A stretch of 63,173 nt of DNA, the filler included, from Octopus bimaculoides (Eukaryota), in assembly GCF_001194135.2 (NCBI RefSeq). It is 5 parts of 5 records of this genome, joined end to end, with 100 filler letters (N's around TTAATTAATTAA, not from the genome) between each part and the next. Parts side by side here need not be neighbours in the genome. Positions count along the whole stretch, not along the records: positions 16,568 to 32,922 come from NC_068992.1; positions 33,023 to 53,539 come from NC_068995.1; 3 more parts are not named here. One strand, 5' to 3'. Under the pieces are notes generated by a model, which searched no databases, had not been told where the DNA came from, and saw nothing but the letters and a program-made list of their open reading frames with translations. Positions within the stretch are counted from its first letter, which is position 1; each line of letters opens with the position of its first letter. The position numbers and the translations under genes are program-made. Below are positions 26,560-40,707 of this stretch, piece after piece.

Positions 26560-26888
26560 AGTCGGGCACATCGACCCTAGACTGATTTTGTTTAAGCGTG
26601 GTACTCAGCGGTCTTTTGCCGAATCGCTAAGTTACAGGGACGTAAACATATCTACACTGCTTTTCAAGCGGTGATATAAGGACAACGACAGACACAAAGA
26701 TATATATATATATATATATATGCGGCGGGCTCCTTTTAGTTTCTGTCAATCAAATCCACTTACAAACTTTGGTTTACCCGAGGCTATATTAGAAGACACT
26801 TGCCTAAGGCGCCTTACAATGGGACTGAACCCGGAACCATGTGGTTTGAAAGGAAGATTCTACTTTCCACACAGCCACGTCTGTGCCT
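26560..26888 (-). mobile_element. CORE-like SINE, inverted copy
   Basis: AGAAGACACTTGCCTAAGG..GGGACTGAACCCGGAACCATGTGG..CCACACAGCCAC is the reverse complement of the head and core. Confidence 0.75.
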
Positions 26889-27104
26889 GTGCATATACAT
26901 GCATACATGCATGCAAAGTCAGATATATATATATCTTGCGAGTTCGTCCGCGGGAAACGTTTTGAATATGCATATAAAATCTCCCATTCTATTATGCCGG
27001 CGACACCCTAATGATGTCAACTAACGATACCAGATTTTGGGAGTCGTTCCGATCTGGGAGTCGTTCCGATTTGTGCCGATATAATTGGAATAATAATAAT
27101 CATG

Positions 27105-27137
<33 letters not shown>

Positions 27138-27176
27138 GTGCTGGTGCTGCTGGTGCTGCTGCTGCAACTGATGATT

Positions 27177-27214
<38 letters not shown>

Positions 27215-27627
27215 AATTCTTGGATGGAATTTGTAAATATCCTAATGCATCGCTTTATGTGTTTCCACAAATCACATGCTTCGGATCTTTGTGATTTGAC
27301 GGGCAACGCTTGTTTTCTTAACGAAACACTTTCAAACTTGGGACACTGGTAGAATGTGTCATACAAAACAACTTTTTCTCTTAGCCTTCTTAACAAAAAA
27401 ATGTACATCGCAAGTTATTTCATGTTAAAGTTGTCGTGTTTCTGTAATTTCAACCAATCACTGACGTCTATTCAGCTGGATACAGTCAGTGCTGGTCGGT
27501 CATAAAAATGTTGTTCCCTGTGATATATTTCATCCGGTTTAATCGTAATTTATACGCATATATTGTTTATATAATAAATTACGCTGTGCGTATCTGTGTG
27601 TGTATATTTTTCCCATAACCTCACTCA

Positions 27628-27705
27628 TAACCCTAACCCTAACCCTAACCCTAACCCTAACCCCCAACTCTAACCCTAACTCTAAAACCCGAACCCTAAC
27701 CCTAA
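27628..27705. repeat. Interstitial (CCCTAA)n telomere-type repeat
   Basis: Several perfect CCCTAA units followed by degenerate ones. Confidence 0.9.
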
Positions 27706-28569
27706 ACTAGAGTTTGATTTGAAGAAGATTTGGCTGCTATTTCTAGGAAATGAAGCACTTGGTAGAGGTGCATTAATAATTCTGGTAGCTCCAATAACAA
27801 GTGCAGGCAATATTCAAGTATTTTGATGGCTTTTCCCCCTTTGTTTACGAACAGTCGAGTTAATCGGAAATGTCAGAACTAACGGGGATTAATACCATAT
27901 ACACCGTCACAGCAGTTACTGTATTCAACTGAATAGACGTCAGTGATTAGTTGAAATTATCGAAATAAGACAATTTTTAACGTGAAATAACTTCGAATAA
28001 AAAATTTATTATTTGTTCTATACCACAAAATATACAAGTATACGAAGTTTGAAAGTGTTTCGGTACCAAAAACACTACATAAAAAAATGTTGCCCGTCAA
28101 ATCACAAGGGTCCCATGCTTCTTAAGATCATGATGATTACAGAGCAGTACTTAATTTCGATGGACACCGGGTATATAATGGCCATGCAGTCATTTCTTCG
28201 GCCGATATAGCATTAACGGATGTTTATCTGAGGGTTGTTTTGACCAATGGAAAAATTGATTGGGGTATGTGGGCATTTCTGTGTGTATTTGGTGGGGAGG
28301 AGTAGAAGGTGATGGAAGGAGAGGATGGAATGGTAGTTATAAAGAGAAGGAAATGTGTGTGGTGATGTTGGACATATTTTGATATTTGAGTATTCAAGAT
28401 GTGCGGATGAGTCATAGTTCTTTGGTGTGACCTTATTCCCAGTAGGCGCCACCTCGATGAATCAGAAGTAGTCCGGTCAGCAGGTACAGCAATTCACTTG
28501 TTGGAATTCATTATCTAAGTTGACAAATGATATTTTCTTAAAATGACCTTTTAATTACTTTTGGTGGTA

Positions 28570-29555
28570 TAATGGTATAGCATTTAGCATATGAAGATAG
28601 TGATTATTTGGATGCATCATCGAAGGATGTTCCTATACCAAACGGAAGGAAATAATTGAAGCAGATGACGGAATGCGTAAGTGCGGTTATTAACATGTTC
28701 AGATGGAAAGCACATTTCTTTGTCAAGAAAAATGAGACCAATAATAACAACACAGAGTTTCGTGAATATCTGAAGGAAAAATTCAAATCTATCAACAATC
28801 CGCCACTACACAGGGCCTTAGCACCATTCAAGGAAGAACAATTTAGTATAATCAGAAATAACAAATTCAGGAAATTCCCAGAGAAACACAGCACAGCAAT
28901 TACCGAAGAAAACCCAATGAATTACTCAAGACCTTCAGGAACGCAACTGGAAAACTGGTACCTGCGGACAAAACCCGCAACATCTATAATGTTGATATTA
29001 ACACACACACTCAACTTATAACTAAGCAATTATATAGCAAATACTATAAACCTATGACACCCAGAGTAAGCCTAAAAGACTATAATGAAAACTTCCAGGA
29101 TAACCCATCAGTAAGACTAATATTCCCATCTAAATCTGATACAAGTAGAATTAGCAAAGTGATAATAGATAAGATAATACCAAAAGTAAAATGTGTAACC
29201 AAACTCAAATTGTGATCCAACACCACCGAAGTAATCACATGGCTTAAAAGCCTGGGGAACAAAAACGTGATCAAATTTGTGCAGCTAGATATATCGAACT
29301 ACTATCAGTCCATAAACCCAGTTGTACTAAACAAGGAATTATCATTCACAAGAAGCAACTCCGACCTCAGTAGAAAAGAAATAGATGAGATTTTAACGGC
29401 TAAAAACACTATAATATAAAACGGAGGTAAACTTTGAACCCGGTTAGACAGTGAAGATTCATTCGAAATAACAATGGGTTCTGGTGAATCGGTGCAAGTG
29501 ATGAATGTAATAGGAATATATCTATTATCGCAAATAGCGTCTTGGCTCCCGAACC
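28570..29555 (+). mobile_element. Penelope-like RT N-terminal fragment
   Basis: VINMFRWKAHFF, NFQDNPSVRLIFPSKSDTSRISKVIIDK, KFVQLDISNYYQSI; homologous to 12300-12800. Confidence 0.85.
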
Positions 29556-29632
29556 AAGAAACGTGTGACTTGTGGATACGGGTATAGCGATGCATTAACA
29601 TATTTATAAATTCCATCCAGGATTATAATTTT

Positions 29633-29720
<88 letters not shown>

Positions 29721-30429
29721 GTGTGTGTAAAGTTTTATATTTGCATACAAATACAAATGTACGTATGTATATTGCTTTGTCTTGGGTGGATAATTATGTC
29801 AATAATAATAAATATAAGCACTGGTTCAATATCACTTCTTCATTGTTAGTCAATTAATTAAATATCTAATCAATTAACTAATCGATCCCTTGTTTAATGT
29901 GCTTGTTTGCTTGTCAAAGTCCTTTCATAACTATACGCAATCTCATGAAAAACACGCTCCCTCTCTTCAAGGTCTACCTTGTGTCTGTCTGAGAATGTCT
30001 TATGCCTGTCATATGTATGTTTGTATGTGTGTATGTAGATGCGTGTTTACAAGTGAAGGTAAGGTTGAGAGCAAACGAAGAATATGCGTGTGTGCATGTG
30101 CGTGTATGTGTGCATGTGCGTGTATATGTGCATGTTGGTTGGGTGAGAACTCTCATATGCCTGCCTGTATATGTGTTTATGTCTTTCTGAGTGTGTGTGC
30201 ATTGGCTATCCGACATCTTGTCAAGGGTTCAGCCTTTTGTTCAAAGTCAGTTCAGTCTCAGATCTGTTAGGATTTGCTTGTCATCCTGCAAAATCATTCT
30301 ATCACTCTATCCATCTATTGATATAAATTTTGTTGTGGAAAAATGAGAGTGAGGTAGAGTTATGCAAGATATATATGAGAGAACTAGGCTTCCTCGTAAG
30401 ATTAACCTATGCCATTGATTGATTTGATA

Positions 30430-31690
30430 ATCATGACTAAAGTAGGTTCTGCCTCACCAGGTCCGAATGGGGAAGACCACCCACCATCACATCAACAGCG
30501 AAGAAGACTGCTACAGAACGCTGGAATTATTGGACTACACATAGCCAGGATCCAGAAAACAACAATCGGGTGAGAAAGAAGATTATACATACAATAGGCG
30601 TTAGCATAAAAACGGTTTTGAAGAACCACTTAATGAAGTACAATAAGAAACTGTATATGCAGGTTCAAAGAGTAACCATTGGAGTCGAAGTGGCTTGGGA
30701 CTTCTTTATGACCTGGTGAGACAAAAGCTTAGGCAATCCTTAATATAGCTATAACACTATATTGTAGGTGATATCAGCTTCCTAGTTAGGACAATCCTAT
30801 GTGGTAGTACGTGGGAAAATGAGAGGAATACGGTGGAGGGCATCAAGCGCATAGCTAACTCGATCTGCTAGAGTATTAAGGTAACTATAAACTACCACAG
30901 TAGGCACCCTAACAATGGACAACCTGTCCTTGATACCAAACTTTGCTTAGAGACTACAAACAATAATTTTCAACTACTTCGCTCCTTTCATATATGAAAT
31001 CCATTACTTCCAAATATGGTATTCATAATAACTCAGCTTTATCACACATTGTAGCGATAAACATACTTATATTGGATTTAGTTAGGATAGGGTCAGAGTG
31101 TACAAGGAGGATCCAGGAAAAACTTAGATAATACCATGTGTAAGGGCGCGAATGGAACCCGCCCTGTGTACCGAGGCAAGCAATGGAACAAACTACAGAA
31201 AAAAACACGTGATACGAGACAGATAAATTTCAAAGGGGATCTTTTATAGAGGGATTAGCCCACAGTTTTAGAAGGGTTCTGAAGGACTCTAAATTTAACA
31301 TTACGATCGTAGAGAAACCATGAAATCTATCAGATCAGAGTTATGTAGGACATAACATTTTGACAAGATAACATGAACTGATAAAAACTGCATTGTATGT
31401 ACTTTTTACTCTAGTAACACTATGAACGTAGTCTACTGTATACAATGCACGGAGGGTTTTTGTAAGAACCAGGAATACAATATACATTGGGGAGACCTGT
31501 GGGAGTTTTGCTGAGAGACCAAATGGACGGTAGCGGGAGTATAATGGCAAGAAATAGTCAGCTATGCTCTATCAGCATGCCAAAGATCAACATGGTGGCA
31601 TACTGAATTGAAATACCCGAGAGACTCATTGCTACGTGTGTCTTTCTCATAAATGAGTCATTCCCAATACTGAATAAAAAATATACTTAG
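30430..31690 (+). mobile_element. Second-lineage Penelope-like element (RT + GIY-YIG), heavily decayed
   Basis: VLKNHLMKYNKKLYMQ, IKRIANSIC*SIKVTINYHSRHPNNGQPVLD, RPVYRGKQW, KVLKDSKFNITIVEK, NVVYC..IYIGETCGSFAER. Confidence 0.75.
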
Positions 31691-32284
31691 TAGATAGAGA
31701 AGATACAACACCAATGCCATCACTCACGCAATATGTGTGTGTGTATGCGTGTGTTTGTAATTCACCCTGTTCTCATTCTAACATATATATGTGAATGTTC
31801 GTTTGTGTGGGTGAACATATGGGTGCAGGTATAGGCAGGGTTATAAAGAGTAGGGTTAGAATATTGAGAACGAAGTGCAAGAAAATTCATACAAGCAGTT
31901 ATGAACAATTTCAATACACAACCATATGTCGGACCGAGGTTTAAAGAGAACATGCTGTATAAATGACAGGAATTATACAAAATGTGTAGATGTATAACTC
32001 TCCATCTTTATTTTAATTGTCTTGTACACACACACACACACATTTTCTTTCATTTCCAATGTATTATTAATTTTAGGCATTTTGACTGAAATTGTAGCTG
32101 CTACAATAATTAATGCTTCTATGTGTGACCTGGAAATTTTCTCTTTCTAATTTTGCAATTTTTGCGTTCTTATTGTCAATAAACAGTACGTTAAGAAACA
32201 GATTAAATAAATTCAAGCTAAGATGGTATTTGCGACTGTTCCAAAGAAACCTACATCGAAAGAAATAGAATTTCCAAACAAGAC

Positions 32285-32560
32285 ATTCTTGATTAGTTAT
32301 ATTTTGTGTTTTGGAAGCTTTTTCTCTGGGAATACAACCTTAGAATCCGAAATTAACTTGTAGATTGAGAAGATACCAGTCGAATTTAGGACTCTGTAGA
32401 AACGAGTCTGGTCAGATATGGATTTGAAACTGTCCAGCAATCTTTGCCTGTATGAGATTTATTATGGCATCCCTAGTATGTTGTGGCGAGACGTTAGTGT
32501 CTGTCAGTTCTGCTGCATCCAAATTTCATCCTGGTTCAAAAGCTATCCATGTAGCTTGAT
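32285..32560 (+). mobile_element. Decayed RTE/BovB RT C-terminal fragment
   Basis: FGSFFSGNTTLESEINL*I..FRTL*KRVWSDMDLKLSSNLCLY. Confidence 0.65.
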
Positions 32561-34587
32561 TCATGGTGTTGCCACTATTAAAGTTTTAAGCTTCAAACTC
32601 TAAAGATTGTTAAATAGGCTGAAAGAAGTTATTACCTAATAAAACTAGAAAATGTATTGAAGGTAAATAACGAAATGAGAGAAAACGGGTTACTGCTTGC
32701 ATCTACGTAACTAATGTCATTAACCGTAGACACCCAACTAATTAGAATTAAGAGAGTTTAGCGTATTGAGTTTAAATAATTAATGTTTAAACACATACAA
32801 AAATACACACGCACACAAATACATACACACACACATACACACACACACACACACACAAGCACGCACTCATACGCACACACACACATATACCTACGTATAT
32901 ATGTATATATATATATATATATNNNNNNNNNNNNNNNNNNNNNNNNNNNNNNNNNNNNNNNNNNNNTTAATTAATTAANNNNNNNNNNNNNNNNNNNNNN
33001 NNNNNNNNNNNNNNNNNNNNNNTATATATATATATATACATTAGTCGAAAGTGAAATTGAGCAGGTTATATATTCTTGATATAATATGCACACACACGCA
33101 TACATCGCACGCATGCGCTGAAAAACAGTTACAAAGGCGAACGAACAAGGAGCCGTTCATTCTTTAATTCGATAAGAGTTAAATTAACCAATTCATTTTA
33201 TATATGGTTTTGTGTGAACATTTTAACCCAGGGCAATATGTTCCTATAAAATCTTGCTATTGTTTACAAGACAAGAAAAATATCATATAAGCATACAGAT
33301 GTTACCTGGAATTAAATATGAAATTATCGGATATTGGAGCCAGTCTCTAAATAATTGTGTGATTTATATCATGTCTAGCTTTCACCAAGTTTAATTAAAT
33401 TCTACGAATAAATGAGACACTAATAATAAGCTGAACAATTCAATTATTTTTCAATTGTTTTCATTGTGAATTATCTGTTTCAGGTTCCCGTTTTCATACT
33501 AACTTGACAATTACGAGAGCCAATGAGCTTCCATATATTGCCATTAAAAAGTGCGTGTTCGACCTTCCATATACGTCATAGTATACACGATTAGGTAACA
33601 GGAGAAGATGAATGTTGTCAAAGCTCCCTTGAGGTGCTATAAATGTCAACGACAGTGTCTCGGTTTCATGTAACGATGATAATAAAATATTTTAAGTCCG
33701 TATGGTCTTAATGTAGCAATGTAATTATAGGAATGAAAACATTCTTGCTACTAAAGGAAATACATTTACGTCTGCTCAAGATGTGAAATTATAATGAACG
33801 TAAAATTTTATCTATTTAATTTTGTTTTGTAAAACCTCTAGTAGATAGAAAGGCAATATTAGACCAATTAAATCTTAGCTATTCTCTCCCCAGCCCCATG
33901 TGTTTGATACAATTACAAATTCATTACTGAAGTTTTTAAAGTGGTTACATTGCTGTAGGTAAAGTTTCTTAAAATACACTTCTAATGCAGAAGAGCATGG
34001 TTCATGTCACTATAATAGCCATTGGAATAGAGAAATATGGCGATCGCTGTTCATGATAGCTTGCTTAACTGTAATTATAGCAGTAGATCATGAGTTGTTC
34101 GTTAATTCGCTAAATATTTGAAAGATATATTCTACATGATATTCCACAGTGTTTCATCATTTCTAACTGTATGTCGAATTTGTGGAATTATTAAGAAATG
34201 CTTTCCGTCCTGCGGGCAGTGGAGATCAATAGAATATTGCAGAATATTAACCAATTATATTTGCTTTTCTCATTTCATTTCCTGTAGTAGAAACCTTAGT
34301 TAAAACTTACCTTTGACAAATCGATCTCTGTTTTCAAAACATATACATGAGTGTTAATTCCTATTTCCTTTGATATTTTTAAGCATATATCCTGTTTCTG
34401 AGCATCATTTCTTTTCTTTCATAAATAATTTACAAATAATCTTCTATTTAGCAATATCTAACTTATCAGTCAAATATATTCGTACTATGGTCTGCCGAAT
34501 AACAACTGATTCATTCATACATAAAAAACCCTAATCTATTACAAATCTGCCAGTATTAACTAGGGTGATAATTTACAATGGTTTCTA

Positions 34588-34714
34588 CAGGGTGTCCACA
34601 AAGACTGGGTACATGGAGTAAATGAAATCATAACATAAACAATTAAATATAAGAAATAATAATTTCTTAAAGTATGTGTTAATCCCCATGTACCCAGATT
34701 TTGTGGACACCCTG
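34588..34714. mobile_element. Tc1/mariner-type MITE with TA target duplication
   Basis: TIRs CAGGGTGTCCACAAAGACTGGGTACATGG / CCATGTACCCAGATTTTGTGGACACCCTG, with TA on both sides. Confidence 0.85.
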
Positions 34715-35766
34715 TATATTGCAATTTCAGTAGCGTTGGATTTCACTTATTGTATAGTATAATATGATCCACTTCTTTGTTGGAGTTCATCTGTTGCAGT
34801 AGCATACAGTGATTTCGATAATTGCAAATTACTTGTTTTCTTTTTTACAGTTGTTCACCTAAAATCAAATAAACATACATGCATATAAATTGGTATATAC
34901 ACATGAAAGAATTGTATATTAAAATAACGATACTTATAATATTTATGATGCATATAGAAAAGTGGTATAGTACTTGCTGTAAAGCTTAGTCTCAGAGAAA
35001 CTTCTCAAAGTGGTTTAAATGTTACGAAACACGTTTACGCTGAATGTATTTGGTAAATCATCAGACCTTGGTTTTCCGACCTAATTTCGTCTCTTCAATG
35101 ATGAAAATCATGTGGTATTCAGAGCTAAACCGAAAAATAATTGTTCCAAAATCAGTAAACATTCACAAATTGGTGCAACATCTGGCTATTCTAGAATAAA
35201 TTGATACACTCACTAAAATCATCATTTAAAGAAAATAGGGATAGCAGTATCATATATATAATACATATACCAAAGCAGAACGGTATTAGCAGCGTCATCT
35301 CTGTGAGACACTACTTACAGAGACTTTTGTGTTAAACAGCACATCGAAAGTGCGTTTAAACTTGCATATACATTATGAATGTTATATATTAGTGAGAGAG
35401 GTGTATTAATATGAAGATGTGATATTTACTCTCACTTTAACGTGGATGTTCTGTTAAAACAAACCTTGTAGTATCGACGCAGGATGAGGTGGTGATTATT
35501 TCTATCCACTAGCGATATAAACCAGAGTAGATTTTACACGGAAAACTAATATGAGAGTTTCTCACATGGTAGTAACCACAGTATAGTATTTGCTAAAAAA
35601 GGAAAAAAAGAAGAAAAGAAAAACGGAAAAACCATTCACATTTACGTGGGGATAATAGTAACGAATGTTATCCGATCTTATATATGTAGTTATATCTGTG
35701 TGTACGTGTTTGTGCAAGCGTACGCATGTTTAATTCTTTGTATATAGGATAAGTGTGACACAATAG

Positions 35767-36006
35767 AGGTGTGTGCCTTAGTGGATAGAGTGCTGGAATC
35801 ATCATCGTAAGACTGTGGTTTCGATTCCTGGACCGGGAGACGCGTTGTGTTCTTGAGCAAAACACTTCATCTCATGTTGTTCCAGTCCACTCAGCTGGTA
35901 AAAATGAGTAATTCCTGCGACAGATCGGCGTCCCATCCAGGTTGGGATTTTTTATGGGAAAATGGCCGTTGTGAATCCACATGATTCGAGAAGGTAACCT
36001 TTACCT
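35767..36006 (+). mobile_element. tRNA-derived SINE
   Basis: A-box-like CCTTAGTGGATAGAG and B-box-like GGTTTCGATTCC, then GTGTTCTTGAGCAAAACACTT..CAGTCCACTCAGCTG. Confidence 0.7.
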
Positions 36007-36554
36007 TCAAGTCTGACACAAAAATGCACTACCCTTAGATTCAGAGATACGAGACACGAATTTGAGTATTCGGATGCCGAGCTCAGAAGTTTTCTTTCTT
36101 AACTGTAAAAGCACTCTAACAATTGATTTTCTCGCATGTTTAGAATTTCAGGTAATGCAACGAAGGAACAAACTGTTAATAAATTTCATATCTCTTCATT
36201 GCACTTTTCTCACGTTCGTACATCTATCTCCATGTATGCATTCATCTTTATATGTATATAATACGTACAGATTGTTTTAAGTGTCTACATAATAGTGAGC
36301 AAATATACTCACTCATCCCTTTAAACTTCAATCTATTGGAACAGAATATAAAAACTAGAGAGAAAGGAGCTTGCACAAGCATTTTGTTGAAATTCATTTT
36401 AGCTTAGTTGACTGTAACCTCGAGAAAAGTATTGACATTTAATTACAGAAGGCACTTCTCTGACTAGGAATACAACATACAATTCTGTGATCGTAGGCTT
36501 TGGTCTCCTAAAATTAAGCAAGGCACCTTCACACAAGATATACTTTTCTACTCT

Positions 36555-36730
36555 AGGCAAAATGTCTGGAATTTTGGGGAGGGGGGTGGTCGATTAGATT
36601 GACCCGAGTACGCAACTGGTACTTAATTTATCGACCCCGAAAGGATGAAAAGCAAAGTCAACCTCGGCAGAATTTGAATTCAGAACGTAAAGACAGACGA
36701 AATACCGCTAAGCATTTCCCCCGGCGTACT
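36555..36730 (-). mobile_element. SINE, same family as 5213-5410
   Basis: ACTGGTACTTAATTTATCGACCCCGAAAGGATGAAAAGCAAAGTCAACCTCGGC. Confidence 0.75.
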
Positions 36731-37253
36731 ACAAGCATGCATGTATGCATGCTTAAATTAAGTATTCATACATGCATGTATTTATTAATCATCTGACAGC
36801 TATATGCAGTTTCAATAAAACAAAGATATAGTTTTATATTTAGAATATACTTCTTGAAAGTTTCTTTATGACTCACCGCTACAGCAATGGAATCTAGATG
36901 TGATCTCCGACAAGGTTCAGTGGCGGCTATTTTCTACTCACAGTTTTATTCACATTTCATACTGGTTTTGTCCCTAGAAAAGAAGTCGATATATATTGTT
37001 ACATTATCAAAACAATTTCCTGTCTCTTTTTTCTTTGTCCCTTAGTAAATTTTCAAAAGGACAATGTGAATTTTGAATATAAAGCAATAAAAACATATTT
37101 TATTAAAATCATTTTATTACGGCTTTCAAATAAGTTTACTTTAATCGATACAAAGCTTCGAAATAAATCTTAACCACCACAACCCACACAAAATGCACAC
37201 ATATTCAATATTCATATAATGTTTATATGTAAGTATATCTATCTATCTATCTA

Positions 37254-37324
<71 letters not shown>

Positions 37325-37623
37325 GGGGGGGTGCGTGTGTGTCTTTGCAAGTATATATGGACATACACACACACACATATACTATACACACAAACATATA
37401 CCTATATTTTATGTAAATTTGTTAATANNNNNNNNNNNNNNNNNNNNNNNNNNNNNNNNNNNNNNNNNNNNNNNNNNNNNNNNNNNNNNNNNNNNNNNNN
37501 NNNNNNNNNNNNNNNNNNNNNNNNNNNNNNNNNNNNNNNNNNNNNNNNNNNNNTATATAAACAAGCCAAAGAATGACTAAGTGTAAAATAGAAAGACAGA
37601 TAATGAGATAAGGAGAAGGAGAT

Positions 37624-37688
<65 letters not shown>

Positions 37689-38275
37689 AAGAGAGAGGGA
37701 GTCTGTAGTGTAAGATGTGAAAAATAATATATGTTATTTTTCTACAATGAAATTTACCTATGGGAAGTCAACAGCTGTAACAACACTATTACGATCATCC
37801 GTACGGAATTTATTAATAAAGTATGAGGTTATAGAGAACAATAGGCCATCTTTTCTCAATAATACCCCCATTGGCAAATAAGAAATATTTCTTAATTCTT
37901 TATGAATTCATACAGAAGTCAATATGCTTCCACAGAAAGAGAAAGTTAGAATATTATATAATCATAACTGGCAAATAGTACCAGTTGAATCCAATAAGTT
38001 TAATGCCACTTAAAACATTGGCAGAAAACAAGATGTCAGCCAACGGTTCATTTGAAGATTCTCTCAGATTGTTAAGCTAATAGTATATCGATTTCTGTTA
38101 ATTTCTTATGACTTGGCATCGATCCTTTTATTATTTGGGTATTTATATTTAAAAGACAAAATGTATTTTTGATCAAATATTAAAACTCAAGAACATCTAA
38201 AGACGCGCATGTATGTACATGCATACATACATATATGCATAAATACATAGATACGTACACAGATACATGCACGCA

Positions 38276-38309
<34 letters not shown>

Positions 38310-38500
38310 NNNNNNNNNNNNNNNNNNNNNNNNNNNNNNNNNNNNNNNNNNNNNNNNNNNNNNNNNNNNNNNNNNNNNNNNNNNNNNNNNNNNNNNNNNN
38401 NNNNNNNNNNNNNNNNNNNNNNNNNNNNNNNNNNNNNNNNNNNNNNNNNNNNNNNNNNNNNNNNNNNNNNNNNNNNATATATATATGCAACTATCTAATA

Positions 38501-38551
<51 letters not shown>

Positions 38552-38869
38552 TTAACTGTCTATTTATCCATCCATCTATCTATCTATCCATATGCCACAC
38601 AGCCTGTATGTGTAGGAGAGAGAGTGCTTTCGTCACTGTGAAAGTCAGCACAGTTTAAAAATGTAGAAGGATGAAGAACTCAATGCAAATATGCAGTATA
38701 GTTTTTAACATGAAATGATATATACTGCTGCAATCAGTACAAGGAATCAGACTATTTTTCATCAATATGTGGCATATGCTAGAAAGATCATTCATCGCAT
38801 ATATAACTTGTGTAAACATATGTCTAATATGTGTATTGTTATATCCATCCACCCATATCATTAAAACAG

Positions 38870-39420
38870 TCTATCATGGACCAATAGCCGGATTACTATC
38901 TCCCACTTTGAAGGATATGCATTTGCAATCCAGGAACAGGAAATATCAATCAAGTCCCTAATGCACAAAGGAGATGGAGATGGAGGAAAAGCAGTAAAAT
39001 ATGACAATCGATTCAGACTTTGTGGAGTTAACACCGAAGATATCAACGTCATAAGCAGTTATCCGAAAATGTCATCACGATATTATCTACCGATGGTACA
39101 TGAAGTTGTAGCTAGGAAACTCTGTAATGAAATCCGTCGGAAGGATAATAACGAGGACAAAGAAATACGAACCCACAGTATGCTAGACAACATAGCCACT
39201 CATAATAAAAAGGAGTACTGGTGGAATGCCTCGGCAAAGTCCTCGATAAAATGTAAGCGCAACTGACCTGATATAATGGTTTGGGATAGAGAAGAGAAAC
39301 TGTGTACAGTTGTGAAAATTCAAAACTCCATATAAGAAAGTGATAGAAACTCATGCCATTAAGGATAAGAACAGGCTTATTGTCTGGGATCAAAACAAAC
39401 GTGTTCACATGTTTCCTTGT
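38870..39420 (+). mobile_element. Divergent RLE-type (R4/NeSL-like) retrotransposon C-terminal remnant
   Basis: EGYAFAIQEQEI, RLCGVNTEDI..SSYPKMSSRYYLP, EYWWN..KCKRN*PDIMVWDREEKLC. Confidence 0.75.
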
Positions 39421-40671
39421 CAATAGGTATCGAATGCACAACAAATGTCGTAAACTATCTCCCGTACTGGGACGAATACACAGATAATCACAATAATATC
39501 CTTACACCTGGTTTGCGTCAGTTGTTGTAATATTCACTCTAGATGCTTTAGAAGTAGGTAATCTGCACAGAATTCTGTCCTCCGTCACATGGAAGACGAA
39601 TCACATTGTTGAGTCCAGACTCAGACTGTAATTTTATCTTTTCATAGAGGTATATTCCTTACTGTAATGGACTCTGTAACGGTCCTAGTTGTTTGTTTCG
39701 TCATGCTCTCGCCTGTTTACTTTGAAATTTTGCTTTATTTTGCTTCCAGTAAGGTGTTCAGTATCTAGAATTTCTGTACTTCGATGTTGCCTGTTGTGTC
39801 ATTATCGTTAGCAGCTTGCAGGGCGGGAAAATACCAGAGTGTTCCGTAGTATTTCTTGTATGAAATGATGGAACATATCACATTGTTTCCAATTAATTTT
39901 TCTCTAACGCTTGCCTGATATATCAATGTCTACTTTGATATACTCTTTTAGTTTATATGAATCTGGCCTGATCGTATGAAAGGATTTCTCCTATCTAACG
40001 ATCAATACTATATTATAGAGAAGACTGATCAAAAAATTAGTTCTACTATTCTCAAAGTGTCATAATTTACCTAGAGACTGCGTCCATTCATTTAAAAATT
40101 GCTTTCTTTCACATATTTTCTAACAGATATGTGTCATGCAAAGATGAGTTCTGATCATTCATGTTTCGGAAGCTCAGCAGTTTGGAATTTTCAATTTTTT
40201 TTTTNNNNNNNNNNTGGGGGGGGGGGGGTGCACTCATACACTTTCCTATAGTAGTAGTAATAGGACATATCCAATTGCTCTGTTGCTTTTCGTTGTATCG
40301 TTTACGATGCTGGTCTTATGATTGTTCTAGCTATGAAGTCCTTAGGCGCAATAGTGTGAGGGTAGATATAAATGTGTGTGTGTTCGTATGTGTGTGTACG
40401 TTCACATGGCCAACATACAAATGGTGACGCGAGTATATTTAGTACTATGCAGCAATACTCATTGATAAGGACTAAGAATATATCACAGAATTCGAAATCA
40501 CTTGATATGAATACGTCTGCAACTCATTTGCGATTTTCACTCGCTATCGGTAAGTTGGATTTTTATATACTCATTTCCTTGAATTCACGAGTGTGCATAA
40601 GTAGTGTACTGTGGCTCTTGAGCCGTTTGGACTCTTATCTCTAGCAATGCTGTGTACTGTCTTGTACCCTA

Positions 40672-40707
<36 letters not shown>

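Larger units (their letters stand above)
27213..29630. mobile_element. Long-TIR foldback element, right arm split by a Penelope-like insertion
   Basis: Left arm 27213-27490 matches the reverse complement of 27905-28113 plus 29558-29630. Example pairs: TGTGATTTGACGGGCAAC / GTTGCCCGTCAAATCACA and CACTGACGTCTATTCAG / CTGAATAGACGTCAGTG. Confidence 0.75.

Noticed and set aside
27628-27705. True telomere or chromosome fusion site
   Set aside because: Short, degenerate, single orientation and internal to a foldback element.
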